From assembly GCA_963732385.1 (NCBI GenBank), contig CAVSZB010000007.1, positions 1,344,001 through 1,408,000 of the forward strand: DNA of 64,000 nucleotides, in the 5' to 3' direction. The DNA comes from an uncultured bacterium (GTDB lineage: Bacteria; Krumholzibacteriota; Krumholzibacteriia; LZORAL124-64-63). The translations under genes were made by a program, and so were the position numbers. This document shows positions 50,872 to 64,000 of the stretch, piece by piece (positions within the stretch are counted from its first letter, which is position 1; the number at the start of each line of letters is the position of its first letter). The notes beneath the pieces are model-generated. The model was not told where the DNA came from. It made no database searches and worked only from the letters and a program-made list of their open reading frames with translations.

Positions 50872-52365
50872 CTAGCGGTCCTTGCCGTAGTTGGGCGCCT
50901 CCTTGGTGATGCGGACGTCATGCGGATGGCTCTCGCGCAGCCCCGCTCCGGTCACGCGCACGATCCGCGCCCGTTCCTGCAGCTCCCCGATGGTGCGGCA
51001 GCCACAGTAGCCCATGCCGGAACGGACTCCGCCCACAAGCTGGAACAGCACCTCGCGCATCAGTCCCTTGTACGGCACCTGCCCCTCGATCCCCTCCGGC
51101 ACGAGCTTCTCGGGATCTTCGACCCCCTCCTGCCCGTACCGGTCGCGACTGCCGGCCTTCATGGCGGCGATCGAGCCCATGCCGCGGTACGACTTGAAGA
51201 CCCGCCCCTCGTACAACACCTTCTCACCCGGCGACTCCTCCGTGCCGGCGAAGAGCGCGCCGATCATGACCGCGTCGGCCCCGACAGCCAGCGCCTTGGT
51301 CACGTCGCCGGAGTACTTGATGCCGCCGTCGGCGATCAGCGACACGCCGCGCGGGCGCGCCACCGCCGCGACATCCATGATGGCCGTCACCTGCGGCACC
51401 CCCACCCCCGACACCACGCGGGTCGTGCAGATCGAGCCAGGCCCGATGCCGACCTTCAGCGCGTTCGCACCCGCGGCGATCAGCGCCTCGGCCGCCGCCG
51501 CGGTGCCGATGTTGCCCGCCATCAGGCGCGCCTTCGGATGCGCCTTGCGCACGGCCTTCACGACGTTGATCACGTTGCGCGAATGGCCATGCGCGGTGTC
51601 GATCACGATCAGGTCAGCCCCCGCGTCGAGCAGCAGCCCTACGCGCTCGAGCGTCCCCTCGCCGGTGCCGACGGCCGCCGCCACCCGCAGTCGGCCGAGC
51701 TTGTCCTTGCAGGCATTGGGATAGTCGATGCGTTTCTGGATGTCCTTGACCGTGATCAGCCCGCGCAGCTCGCCCTCCGCATTGACGACCAGCAACTTCT
51801 CGATGCGGTGGCGGTGCAGGATGCGCGCCGCCTCGTCGAGCGTGGTCCCCTCGGGCGCCGTCACCAGGCCCTTGCTGGTCATGACCGCCGACACCGGCTG
51901 CGTGGTGTCCTCGACAAAGCGCAGGTCGCGGTTCGTCAGGATGCCCACCAGCCGCCGGCCGCGCGTGATCGGCACCCCCGAGATCCGGAAGCGCTTCATC
52001 ATCTCCATGGCCTCGTGGATCGGCCGGTCGGGCCCGAGCGTGAACGGCTCGGTGATCATGCCGGACTCGCTGCGCTTGACCGCGTCCACGTGCTCGGCCT
52101 GCAGCGCCGCCGGCATGTTCTTATGGACGACGCCCAGCCCGCCGGACCGCGCCATGGCGATGGCCATCTCCGTCTCGGTGACGGTGTCCATCGCAGCCGA
52201 GAGCAACGGCACCGGCAGGGCGATGTCGCGAGCGACGCACGTGGAGGTGTCCACGTCGCGCGGCAGCACCTCCGAATAGTCCGGCAGCAGCAGGATGTCG
52301 TCGAAAGTAAGAGCTTCGCGGAGCGGCCCCCGCGGCGCGGCGGCCTTCTGCGGACGACTGGGCAT
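50872..52365 (-). CDS. guaB: IMP dehydrogenase
   Basis: [17 protein letters not shown] pair, [33 protein letters not shown]. Confidence 0.97.
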   Translation of the reverse strand: MPSRPQKAAAPRGPLREALTFDDILLLPDYSEVLPRDVDTSTCVARDIALPVPLLSAAMDTVTETEMAIAMARSGGLGVVHKNMPAALQAEHVDAVKRSESGMITEPFTLGPDRPIHEAMEMMKRFRISGVPITRGRRLVGILTNRDLRFVEDTTQPVSAVMTSKGLVTAPEGTTLDEAARILHRHRIEKLLVVNAEGELRGLITVKDIQKRIDYPNACKDKLGRLRVAAAVGTGEGTLERVGLLLDAGADLIVIDTAHGHSRNVINVVKAVRKAHPKARLMAGNIGTAAAAEALIAAGANALKVGIGPGSICTTRVVSGVGVPQVTAIMDVAAVARPRGVSLIADGGIKYSGDVTKALAVGADAVMIGALFAGTEESPGEKVLYEGRVFKSYRGMGSIAAMKAGSRDRYGQEGVEDPEKLVPEGIEGQVPYKGLMREVLFQLVGGVRSGMGYCGCRTIGELQERARIVRVTGAGLRESHPHDVRITKEAPNYGKDR

Positions 52366-52404
52366 GCCTCGTCCCCTTGTGCTGGGCGGCGGACGCCGCC
52401 GCGG

Positions 52405-52959
52405 TCAGCCCTTCATGACGCCGATGAAGGGCAGGTTGCGGAATTTCTCGTCATAGTCCAGACCGTAGCCGATGACGAATTCGCTGGGGATTTCGAAGCC
52501 GCTGTAGGCGACCGTCACGTCCTTCGTGCGCGCGCGCGTCTTGTCGAGCAGGGTGCAGACACGCAGGCTGCGCGGCGAACGGGTACCCAGCATATCGAGG
52601 AGATAGCCGATCGTCAGACCGGTGTCGACGATGTCCTCGACGATGAGAACGTCGCGCCCGGTGATGTTCGTCTTGAGATCCTTCTCGATCTTGACCACGC
52701 CGGTGCTCTGCTTGCCGCCGTGATAGCTCGAAATGGCCATGAAGTCCACCTCGTGCGGGATCGTCAGGCAGCGGGTGAGGTCGGCCAGAAAGACATACGA
52801 CCCCTTGAGGATGCTCACGAGCACCGGAACGTCATCAGCGTAGTCGCGACTGATCTCGTTGCCGAGCTGGCGCACGCGCTTGTGGATTTCGTCTGACCGG
52901 ATCAGAATCCGCTCGAGTTGCGGATGTTTGCGCAGCAGGTCGTCGTCGTCCCAGGTCAC
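52405..52959 (-). CDS. hpt: Hypoxanthine phosphoribosyltransferase
   Basis: ILKGS..FLADL, SSY, VLIVEDIVDTGLT, LLDK, FVIGYGLDY...RNLP. Confidence 0.96.
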   Translation of the reverse strand: MTWDDDDLLRKHPQLERILIRSDEIHKRVRQLGNEISRDYADDVPVLVSILKGSYVFLADLTRCLTIPHEVDFMAISSYHGGKQSTGVVKIEKDLKTNITGRDVLIVEDIVDTGLTIGYLLDMLGTRSPRSLRVCTLLDKTRARTKDVTVAYSGFEIPSEFVIGYGLDYDEKFRNLPFIGVMKG

Positions 52960-53636
52960 GGCCGGCCTCCGGACTGCGGCGCGCGCAGACGCGTGCGCTC
53001 GCGGATAATGTCGGCGATCTTCACCGCGATCAGGTCGATGGCCACGCTGTTGTGGCCGCCCTCGGGGATAATAATGTGGGCGTAGCGCTTCGACGGTTCC
53101 ACGAACTGAAGATGCATCGGGCGCACGATCCCCAGATACTGCTCGATGACGGCCTGCACGGTGCGGCCGCGCTCGACGGTGTCGCGGCCGAGGCGTCGGA
53201 TGAAACGCTCGTCCGCGTCGACATCCACGTAGAGGCGGATGTCCATCATGTCGCGCAGCCGCTCGTCCTCGAGAACGAGAATTCCCTCCACGAAGACGAT
53301 GTCGGCCGGATCCAGGCGGACGGTGTCGAGCCGGCGCGAGTGCTGGGCGTAGTCGTAGGTCGGCACCTCCACCGGCTCACCGCGCTTGAGCGCCTGCAGG
53401 TGCGCCACCAGCAGCGACGTTTCGAAGGCGGCCGGGTGGTCGTAGTTGATGCGCGTCCGCTGTTCGAGGGGGAGGCGGGAATTATCGTGGTAGTAGGAGT
53501 CGTGGTGGATGATCAGCACAGTTTTGCCGGGCGCTGCTTCACGCACCCGGTGGGCGACCGTAGTCTTGCCCGAGCCCGAGCCGCCGGCGATCCCGATGAT
53601 GACCGGCGGCAGGTGGGCGCCTCCGTTGGCATCCAT
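52956..53636 (-). CDS. udk: Uridine kinase
   Basis: IGIAGGSGSGKTT, DSYY, NYDHP.A, VEGIL, RR..RD..ERGR, RPMH.QFVEPSKRYA. Confidence 0.95.
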   Translation of the reverse strand: MDANGGAHLPPVIIGIAGGSGSGKTTVAHRVREAAPGKTVLIIHHDSYYHDNSRLPLEQRTRINYDHPAAFETSLLVAHLQALKRGEPVEVPTYDYAQHSRRLDTVRLDPADIVFVEGILVLEDERLRDMMDIRLYVDVDADERFIRRLGRDTVERGRTVQAVIEQYLGIVRPMHLQFVEPSKRYAHIIIPEGGHNSVAIDLIAVKIADIIRERTRLRAPQSGGRP

Positions 53637-53769
53637 GGGGGCGAAGATACCCGGTCGTGTCTGACCTGTCAATCGGGCCGCCGACAGGCTAGAATACCGC
53701 CCCGGGCGGGGCTCCCCGGACCGGTCCGTCCCGCCCGGGCGCTTTCCCGAACTCCTCCGCGGAGGCTCC

Positions 53770-55062
53770 ATGCCTGTCAACAACCTGGTTTCATTGTTCG
53801 GCGTGGTATTCCTCGTCGGCGTCGCGTGGCTGCTCAGCAATGACCGCCGCCGGTTCCCGTGGCGCGTCGCGCTCTGGGGGCTCGGTCTGCAGTTCACGTT
53901 CGCGCTGATCCTGCTGCGCACCTCCTGGGGGCGCGTGGTTTTCGACGGGATGCGGGTCGCCATCAACCGGATCCTCGGCTTCACGGACGCCGGCAGCGCC
54001 TTCCTCTGGGGCAACCTCTTCCGCACCGGACCCGATCTGGTGCAGCACATCGGCTCCGGGCCGATGGGTCCCGGCTACTGGCAGGTCACCGACTCGGCCA
54101 CCGGGCAGCTCATCCCGCTCGGCACCGTTTTCGTGATCCACGTCCTGCCGACCATCATCTTCTTCTCCAGCCTGATGGCGGTCCTTTACCACCTCGGGAT
54201 CATGCAGCGCCTGATCGGCGGCGTAGCCTGGGTGATGCAGCGCACCATGGGCACGAGCGGGTCCGAATCGCTCTCCTGCGCGGCGAACATCTTCGTGGGC
54301 CAGACCGAAGCGCCGATGGTGATCCGACCCTACGTGGCCACGATGACGATGTCCGAACTGATGGCGGTCATGGTGGGCGGCTTCGCCACGATCGCCGGCG
54401 GCGTGATGGTGGCCTATGTGCGCTTCGGCGTCGATCCGGGCCACCTGCTGGCGGCGAGCGTGATGTCGGCGCCGGCGGCGCTCGTCATGGCGAAGGTGAT
54501 GTACCCCGAGAAGGAGAAGTCGCGCACGGCGGCCGGCGCCCGGCTCGACATCCCGCGCGAGTACGCCAACGTGATCGACGCGGCCGCCGGCGGCGCCGGC
54601 GTCGGCCTGCGCCTGGCGGTCAACGTCTCGGCCATGCTGCTGGCCTTCATCGCCCTGGTCGCGATGATGAACTACGGACTCGGCTGGCTGCACACCTCGC
54701 TCCAGCAGATCTTCGGCTTCATCTTCGCGCCGTTCGCCTGGGCGATGGGCGTGCCATGGGGGGAGGCCCGCGCCTTCGGCAACCTGCTGGGCACGAAGAT
54801 GGCCCTCAACGAGTTCGTGGCCTTCCTCGATCTGGCCAGGGCGACGGGCGACGGCACCCTGAGCCCGCGCAGCGTGGTGATCGGCACTTATGCCCTGTGC
54901 GGCTTCGCCAACTTCAGCAGCATCGCCATCCAGATCGGCGGCATCGGCTCGGTCGCGCCCGAGCGGCGCTCCGACGTGGCCAGGCTCGGCCTGAAGGCGA
55001 TGTTCGCCGGCGAACTGGCCTCCTGGATGACGGCCACGATCGCGGGGATCCTGACGAGATAG
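53770..55062 (+). CDS. nupC: CNT-family concentrative nucleoside transporter
   Basis: VLPTIIFFS, ANIFVGQTEAP, GFATIAG, NEFVA, LCGFANFSSIAIQIGG. Confidence 0.93.
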   Translation: MPVNNLVSLFGVVFLVGVAWLLSNDRRRFPWRVALWGLGLQFTFALILLRTSWGRVVFDGMRVAINRILGFTDAGSAFLWGNLFRTGPDLVQHIGSGPMGPGYWQVTDSATGQLIPLGTVFVIHVLPTIIFFSSLMAVLYHLGIMQRLIGGVAWVMQRTMGTSGSESLSCAANIFVGQTEAPMVIRPYVATMTMSELMAVMVGGFATIAGGVMVAYVRFGVDPGHLLAASVMSAPAALVMAKVMYPEKEKSRTAAGARLDIPREYANVIDAAAGGAGVGLRLAVNVSAMLLAFIALVAMMNYGLGWLHTSLQQIFGFIFAPFAWAMGVPWGEARAFGNLLGTKMALNEFVAFLDLARATGDGTLSPRSVVIGTYALCGFANFSSIAIQIGGIGSVAPERRSDVARLGLKAMFAGELASWMTATIAGILTR

Positions 55063-55195
55063 TATCGGGAGAAGGAGGCCCTGTCGGAGCTGACCTGGGT
55101 TGGGCGAGCCTGGGTTGGTGCTGGCGGGGCCTTCCGTCTTCCTGCGGGCGGACGACAACCACCGCCATTGCGACCGCCGGGCGTGACGGTCCGCC

Positions 55196-55669
55196 TCAGA
55201 TCTCCGTCAACTCCACGATCTGGGCCGTCACCGCGCCATCGACGATCCGCAGCCGCGCCACGGTCGCCGGCAGGGCGAAGCGACGCGGTCCGGCGCCGCC
55301 CGGATTGACGTAGAGCACGCCGTCCCGGCGCACGACCTCGGGCCGGTGCGAGTGGCCGCTGATCACCACCGCCACGCCGGCGACGACCGGGTCGAGGGTG
55401 AGCCGGGCGAGATCGTGGAGCACGTAGAGCCGCAGCCCGCCGACGACGACCGTCTCCTCCTCCGGCAGCTCCCGGGCCCAGGTCCTGTCGCAGTTGCCGC
55501 GCACCGCGTGGACGGGAGCGATCCGGCACAGTTCGTCGAGCAGCCAGCCGCCGACGATATCGCCGGCGTGCACGATCAGATCGCTGTCGGCAAGCGCCGC
55601 CACCGCCTCGGGCCGCAGCAGCCCGTGCGTGTCCGAAATCACCCCCACGACGGTCACCGCTCCGTTCAT
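55196..55669 (-). CDS. YfcE-like metallophosphoesterase
   Basis: ISDTH, HAGD, VRGNCD, LH, SGHSH, NPG. Confidence 0.92.
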   Translation of the reverse strand: MNGAVTVVGVISDTHGLLRPEAVAALADSDLIVHAGDIVGGWLLDELCRIAPVHAVRGNCDRTWARELPEEETVVVGGLRLYVLHDLARLTLDPVVAGVAVVISGHSHRPEVVRRDGVLYVNPGGAGPRRFALPATVARLRIVDGAVTAQIVELTEI

Positions 55670-57420
55670 GTTGTCCTCTCCGCGCGCAGGATGCGCAGGG
55701 CATCCGCCGCCGTGTCCGGCGTCACCGCGCCGGCCTGCCACACCAGGCGGGGCCGCAGATCCCAGCGGGCAGCTACGGCCTCGACCAGGCCGGGGCGCAC
55801 GGCCAGCACGACCAGCGCGCCAGCGCGCGTCCAGACCGGCGGCAGCACCGGCGCCCAACCCTCCCCACGCAGCTCCAGCGGACCGATCTCGTCGACCATG
55901 ACCACGTCGCACCGGTCCGACGCAGCCAGCGCCGCGCGCCCCAGCGCCAGCCCCTCCGCGCGGAACCGGAACGGTCCGACGGCGGGATCCCCCGCGCCAC
56001 CTTCCGTCCGGCAGAGCGGCGCCGTGGCGCCGGTGGTCAGGGCGACGATGTCGTAACCGACGCGGTCGCCGTCGACGCGAACGACCGGCGCCGCGAAACC
56101 GCCCACCGTCAGCCCCTCGGAGCGCAGGCGGTCGGCCAGGCCGAGGAGCAGCGTGGTCTTGCCCGCTCCGCTGCCGCCGGTCAGCACCACCACCACGGCG
56201 GCGGCTCGCGTCGGTCCGCCGGCGATTTGCTCCAGCCACGCAGCAGCGCCCGCCAGCACACCGCCGAGCACCCGCACGGGACGACGCAGCAGGCGCCGTT
56301 GATCGCCGAGCAGGGCGGTCATCACCGGCAGCGCCTGGAACGCGACGCCCAGCGCCTCCGGCAGGCGCCCCAGCGGCCCGCCCAGGCACCGCCTCAGGAC
56401 CGCCGGGTTGCGCAATTCGATCCCCACCGCGCCGAAAACGGTGACCACCAGCATCGCGCGCAGCGCCATGGCCGTACCGGTCGCCAGACCCGACCCGCCG
56501 CCACGGCCCGACAATCGGCCCAGCACGACACCGGCCAGCAGCGACACCGCCACGATCTCCACCCAGAGACGCGGCCGCGCCAGCCGCGTGCGCAGGCGCG
56601 GGTAGCGCACGAGGGCGAGCCCGAGGTAGCCGAGAATCGCGCCGGCCGCGACCGGCAAAGGCAGCCGCGCCAGCGCCGTGAGCCCGCCCGTCAGCGCCAC
56701 GGCGTGGCCCGCGAGCAGGAGCGGGGCGTAGCGCTGCTCGGCCGTGGCGAACGGATCGCGCGCGGCGCCGATCGCCGCCGGGAGCGCCGCGACCGGGGCC
56801 GCGGCGGCGCTGCGTCCGACCGCCATGCCGAGCCACGCCGCCAGCCCGCCAGCCAGGCCGCTCAATCCGGCCAGCGCGGCCAACAAGTTCACCGGCCCCA
56901 GCGCCTCGACCCGCAGGACGCGGGCGGCGAAGGCGCACAGCGCCACATACAGCCGCCCGGCGTCCGGCCCATAGGTGACGAGCAGACCGGCCGCCTTGTG
57001 AGCCAGCGGCTCGAGCGTGGCCAGGGCGCCGCCGACCAGCCATCCGGCGGCATTGCGGCCAAGCAGCCGCACCCCCCCCTCGAGCAGAAAGCCCTCAGCC
57101 ACGATGGCCACCATCGGACCGAGAATCACCGCGCTGGGCGAGAGCGACTTGAGCAGGGCGCAGACCACGCCGGCGCGCCAGATCAGGCCGCGATCCGGCC
57201 ACAGCCGGCTGCCCGAAACGCAGAGACAGACCCCGATCGCGGAAAGCGCCGCGCCGGTCAGCGGGAACTGCACGTTGTGCAGGAAGCTGCCCAGGACGAT
57301 CTCCACCGCCGCCCAGACGCTGCCGAGCACGGCCGCTCGCAGCCAGACCGCCGGCAGTGGCCGCGTCTCCCGCGGTGGCGCCACTTCAGCCGCCCCGCCG
57401 CCGCGACGGCGCGCGGCCAC
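55666..57420 (-). CDS. Multi-TM membrane domain fused to a C-terminal NTPase_1/THEP1-like P-loop domain
   Basis: About 10 hydrophobic segments, then LTGGSGAGKTT, VGGF, RVGYD, VGPFRF, VMVDEIGPLEL. Confidence 0.78.
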   Translation of the reverse strand: MAARRRGGGAAEVAPPRETRPLPAVWLRAAVLGSVWAAVEIVLGSFLHNVQFPLTGAALSAIGVCLCVSGSRLWPDRGLIWRAGVVCALLKSLSPSAVILGPMVAIVAEGFLLEGGVRLLGRNAAGWLVGGALATLEPLAHKAAGLLVTYGPDAGRLYVALCAFAARVLRVEALGPVNLLAALAGLSGLAGGLAAWLGMAVGRSAAAAPVAALPAAIGAARDPFATAEQRYAPLLLAGHAVALTGGLTALARLPLPVAAGAILGYLGLALVRYPRLRTRLARPRLWVEIVAVSLLAGVVLGRLSGRGGGSGLATGTAMALRAMLVVTVFGAVGIELRNPAVLRRCLGGPLGRLPEALGVAFQALPVMTALLGDQRRLLRRPVRVLGGVLAGAAAWLEQIAGGPTRAAAVVVVLTGGSGAGKTTLLLGLADRLRSEGLTVGGFAAPVVRVDGDRVGYDIVALTTGATAPLCRTEGGAGDPAVGPFRFRAEGLALGRAALAASDRCDVVMVDEIGPLELRGEGWAPVLPPVWTRAGALVVLAVRPGLVEAVAARWDLRPRLVWQAGAVTPDTAADALRILRAERTT

Positions 57421-58018
57421 CCAGCTCGGCGTGACGCGGGCAGTCCACGGTATGATCGTTCACCATGCCGACCGCCTGCATGTGCGCGTAGACGATCGTC
57501 GAGCCGACGAACTTGAAGCCGCGCCGGATCAGGTCGCGGCTCAGGGTGTCGGACTCGGCGGTGCGCGCGGGGACCTCCGCCGGCTCGCGCCAGGCATTCT
57601 GGCGCGCAACGCCGCCTGCGAACCCCCACTGGTACGCGGCGAAACCGCCGAACTCGTCCTGCACGCGCAGGAACGCGCGCGCGTTCGTGACCGCGGAGGC
57701 TATCTTGAGCCGGTTGCGGATGAGTCCCGGGTTGCCCAGCAGCGATTCCACCCGGCGGGCCGTGTAGCGCGCCACGCGCGCCGGATCGAAGCCGTCGAAG
57801 GCCTCGCGGTAGGCCGCGCGCCGGGAGAGTACGAGATCCCAGCTGAGCCCCGCCTGCGCCCCCTCGAGCACGAGGAACTCGAACAGCGCGCGTTCGTCGT
57901 GCAGCGGCACGCCCCACTCGGCATCGTGGTAGGAGGCGAGACGCTCGTTGCGCGCCCAGGCGCAGCGACCAACCGCCGGCGGGATCGCGGACCCGGTTGG
58001 TGCCGACCTGGCGGTCAT
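57386..58018 (-). CDS. tag: DNA-3-methyladenine glycosylase I
   Basis: RCAW, YHDAEWG, LEGAQAGLSW, IRNRLKI, GFKFVG, MQAVGMVNDH...C. Confidence 0.96.
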   Translation of the reverse strand: MTARSAPTGSAIPPAVGRCAWARNERLASYHDAEWGVPLHDERALFEFLVLEGAQAGLSWDLVLSRRAAYREAFDGFDPARVARYTARRVESLLGNPGLIRNRLKIASAVTNARAFLRVQDEFGGFAAYQWGFAGGVARQNAWREPAEVPARTAESDTLSRDLIRRGFKFVGSTIVYAHMQAVGMVNDHTVDCPRHAELGGRAPSRRRGG

Positions 58019-58033
58019 CGCGTCGCGCCCGTC

Positions 58034-58729
58034 CTATCTGGGGAAACCGACGGTCTGGGCCAGCGCTATGCGCTGAGAGGACCGCAGGTCGAAAGCCTTT
58101 GCCAGCGCCGGCCGGTCGATCGAAGCGCGCACGACAGTGGCCAGCCCTTCGGAGGCGCAGAACAGGTAGACGTTTTGCGCGATGAAAGCGGCGTCGGCCG
58201 CGGCGTAGGTGTCGAACAACTCCGGCTTCGCCCCCTCCATGCGGGAGGTTTCGGCCACGTAGACAAAGTTCAGCGGCGCCACGGCGACATACGACTGCGT
58301 GCCGGTCACGCCGCGCAGATCGCCCCCCATCACCGGCTCCAGGGCGTGAGCCGCGGCAGCATACAGATAGACGCCGTCCGGCAGGACGACATAGATGTCT
58401 ACCTCCTGCCAGTTGCGCGCCGAAGGGGCCGTGCGCTTGCCGGGCTCGGCTCGATTGATCCCGCAGGCGGCCCAGAGCAGGTCGGAGAGGAGTTGGGCCG
58501 GCAGCATCCGATCGCCAAAATCGCGGTCCGAATGGCGCCGGCGCAGCGCGTCGAGCAGCGGCAGGCCGCCGGTCGTGCGCGGCGCCGGCAGAACGATCCT
58601 CGCCGGCAGCGCCACGCGGGCCGTTCCGGAATCGGCCGGCGCTCCTGCACCGGCGCGGGAAGCTGCGGGCGCCACCAGCATCCCCGCAAACAGGATGAGC
58701 ACGAAGAGGCTGCGCGTCCCGATACCCAT
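58034..58729 (-). CDS. Nitroreductase (SagB/ThcOx-like) with signal peptide
   Basis: RHSDRDF, LLWAA.G.NR, RTAPSA.N.Q, QNVYLFCASEGL; hydrophobic N-terminus. Confidence 0.88.
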   Translation of the reverse strand: MGIGTRSLFVLILFAGMLVAPAASRAGAGAPADSGTARVALPARIVLPAPRTTGGLPLLDALRRRHSDRDFGDRMLPAQLLSDLLWAACGINRAEPGKRTAPSARNWQEVDIYVVLPDGVYLYAAAAHALEPVMGGDLRGVTGTQSYVAVAPLNFVYVAETSRMEGAKPELFDTYAAADAAFIAQNVYLFCASEGLATVVRASIDRPALAKAFDLRSSQRIALAQTVGFPR

Positions 58730-58832
58730 GGCTGACCGCCTCCAAGGCTGCGCAAGTCCAGCTTCCGGCGGAGCGTCCAGCCCGGCGCGCAACCCGCTCT
58801 CCGGAATGGAGCATGCCGGTTTTCGCGCCGGA

Positions 58833-61924
<3,092 letters not shown>

Positions 61925-61928
<4 letters not shown>

Positions 61929-62992
61929 CGCGTCTCTCCCCCGGCGCCGCCCGCCGGGATCGGCATGACCTTCGCCCCCGGGAACAGCTTCTGGTGCCCG
62001 GTGCGCACGATCATGTCGCCGACGGCGAGACCGTCGAGAACCTCCACTGAAGCCGCCTGGCGCAGACCGAGCGTGAGTGGCGCCGGCACGACGGTGCTGT
62101 CCGCCTTGATTACATAGACCAGCTGCCGTTCGCCCTGCGCGAAAACCGCCTCGCTCGGCACGACGAGGGCCTCCGGACGCTCGCTCAGCACGATCGACAC
62201 GTCGGCCGACATGCCGGGGCGCAACTGGCTTTCGGGATTGGCCACCTGCGCCACGATGCGCACGCTGCGCGTCCCCGCATCGACGATCGGATCGAGGACC
62301 TCTATCTCCCCCTGCAGCCTGGCGTCGGGAAACGCGGGCGAGGTCACCGTCACCGCAGCCCCCTGGCGCAGCTGGCCCAGGTAGCGCTCCGGCGCGGTAA
62401 ACCGGATGCGCAGCTGGTCGAGGCGCGCCAGTTCGGTGATGGCGTCGCCGGCGTGCAGATAATGTCCCACACTGACACGCCGGGAGCCGACGGTGCCGGC
62501 GAACGGGGCGGTTACGCGGGTCTTGGCCAGCCGGGACCGCGCCACCGACAGGTCCGCGTCCGCCACCCGGACGGCGGCCTGCGCGTCGTCGAGGTCCTGG
62601 GGGGAACCGGCGTTCTGCGCCACGACCGCCTGCACCCGCACGAACGCGGCGCGACGCTGGTCGCGCACCGCCTCCGCGCGGTCGGCCTCGGCCTTGGGCT
62701 GGACATCGTCGAGTTGGGCGATCAGCCCGCCGCGGTCGATCCTGCCCCCCTCCCGGAACGGCAGGCCGGTCACCTGCGCGTCGATTTCCGACACGACGAC
62801 AATCTGCTCCACCGCCTCGATGGTGCCCACGGCGGCAAAGCGGTCGGTCACGGTCTCTTGCGTCACGGTCGCGGTCTCGACCGGCATGGGCGGCATCTTG
62901 AACTGGCCCTGCTGCTGCTTGCGCGCGCAGCCGGACCCGATCGCGAGCGCCATCAGCGCCGCGAGAAAAATCGACTGACGAAGGTGGCTCAC
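61925..62992 (-). CDS. RND periplasmic adaptor subunit (probable lipoprotein)
   Basis: GTG overlapping the TolC stop; lipobox-like GSGC; TAPFAG, LRPGM. Confidence 0.9.
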
Positions 62993-64000
62993 TGCACCGT
63001 CTCCTTTCCAGGATACGCGTTGGCGGTCAGGCGGCGCAGTTGCGCCGCCGCCCGGGCCGCCCGCACGAGCGCCTGCGAGAAGCGCTGCTGGGCCGACGCG
63101 AGGTCGGCGCCCAGCCGGGCCAGTTCGAAGGCGGTCGTGCGCCCCGCGCGAAATTCCAGCACACCGATCCGGACCTGTTCCTGCGACGCCGCCACGCCTT
63201 CGCCCGCGACCTCCAGGCGCCGCCGGCCGTGCGCCAGTTCGCGGCAGGCGGAGCGCACCCGCTCCTCCAGCGCGCGCCGCTGCGCCTCGAGCCCGTGCTC
63301 GGCCCGCGCCACCTCGGCGCGCCAGACATCGCGCGCGCCGCGATCGCGGCGTCCGCCCAGCGGCAGTGAGAAACTGACGCCGACCGTCCAGTCGGGGTAC
63401 GTCCGGTCGAGCACCTGGCTCACGCTCTCGCCCCGGCCGCCGGTCGTGACGGTCTGCAGGGTCTCGGGCGGATCTCCGAACGGGATGACCACCTGGCGCC
63501 CTTCGCCAGCAAGGCCGCTGCCGCCGAAACTGCCGAACAGATCGAGTTGCGGCAGCACATCGCGCGCCGCGGCCCGTTCGCGGGCGCGCAGCGCCGCCAC
63601 CGACTGCGCCGCGGCGGCCAGTTCGAGATTCCCGCGCCCGGCGGCCGTCACGAGCAGTTCCTCGTCTGGCGCCACGAACGCGGCCGGCGGTTCGTCCACG
63701 GCCCGGAAGCGCCACGCTGTCCCCTCGGGCCGCCGCCCGAGCAGCGTGCCGACCCGGTCGGACGCCGCGTCGAGCGCCTCTTCGCGATCGAGCAACCCCT
63801 GTTCCTGCTCGGCCACGAAGACCCGCGCACTCGCCGTCTGGCCCGGCCCGACGAGACCGGCCTGCTCGCGCAGCTGCGTCTCGGTGAGGATCGACTGCGC
63901 GCGATCGCGGATCAGCGTCTGCACCGCGAAATCCCGCGTCGCCGCGTACAGCTCCCAATAGGCCACCTCGACCGTGGCGCGTACCCCGAGCAGGACGTCG
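62989..64000 (-). CDS. TolC-family outer membrane protein (5' part outside the window)
   Basis: VEVAYWELY, LPQLDL, W.VGVSFSLPLG, F.AG.TT..EL. Confidence 0.88.
   Translation of the reverse strand, partial: DVLLGVRATVEVAYWELYAATRDFAVQTLIRDRAQSILTETQLREQAGLVGPGQTASARVFVAEQEQGLLDREEALDAASDRVGTLLGRRPEGTAWRFRAVDEPPAAFVAPDEELLVTAAGRGNLELAAAAQSVAALRARERAAARDVLPQLDLFGSFGGSGLAGEGRQVVIPFGDPPETLQTVTTGGRGESVSQVLDRTYPDWTVGVSFSLPLGGRRDRGARDVWRAEVARAEHGLEAQRRALEERVRSACRELAHGRRRLEVAGEGVAASQEQVRIGVLEFRAGRTTAFELARLGADLASAQQRFSQALVRAARAAAQLRRLTANAYPGKETVQ

Noticed and set aside
58034..58729. SagB-like dehydrogenase of a RiPP (TOMM) cluster
   Set aside because: No YcaO, precursor peptide or other RiPP genes; it is a stand-alone exported nitroreductase.

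Overview
GC-rich bacterial chromosomal window from a diderm (TolC/RND, ArnT-like GT). The FlgD-Ig-tailed secreted protein and gene content suggest an FCB-related candidate lineage such as Krumholzibacteriota/Latescibacterota (inference only). Contents in order: the end of an IS5-family element inserted in an RDD gene; a LamG/FlgD-Ig secreted protein; gltX and neighbours; a tandem alkaline-phosphatase-superfamily module with a small LGY-tailed protein and a DUF106/EMC3-like membrane protein; hppA; a GT-C glycosyltransferase; an ATPase-less Yip1/MFP/2x MacB-permease cluster; ilvC; tRNA(CAT)-tilS-ftsH-folP-cdaA; a signalling cluster of mostly degenerate parts (pseudo-MCP, pseudo-CheA/CheW/REC, HTH_17, two HD-GYP proteins); a queuosine locus; a nucleoside-salvage cluster; and an RND efflux operon running off the right end. 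Top candidate for an undescribed system: a DUF3524/GTDC1 (QTMAN, tRNA-queuosine mannosyltransferase)-like glycosyltransferase head-to-head with queF, next to queG and an AmmeMemoRadiSam radical SAM gene, suggesting bacterial queuosine glycosylation. All family calls come from motif recognition by eye; no searches were run.
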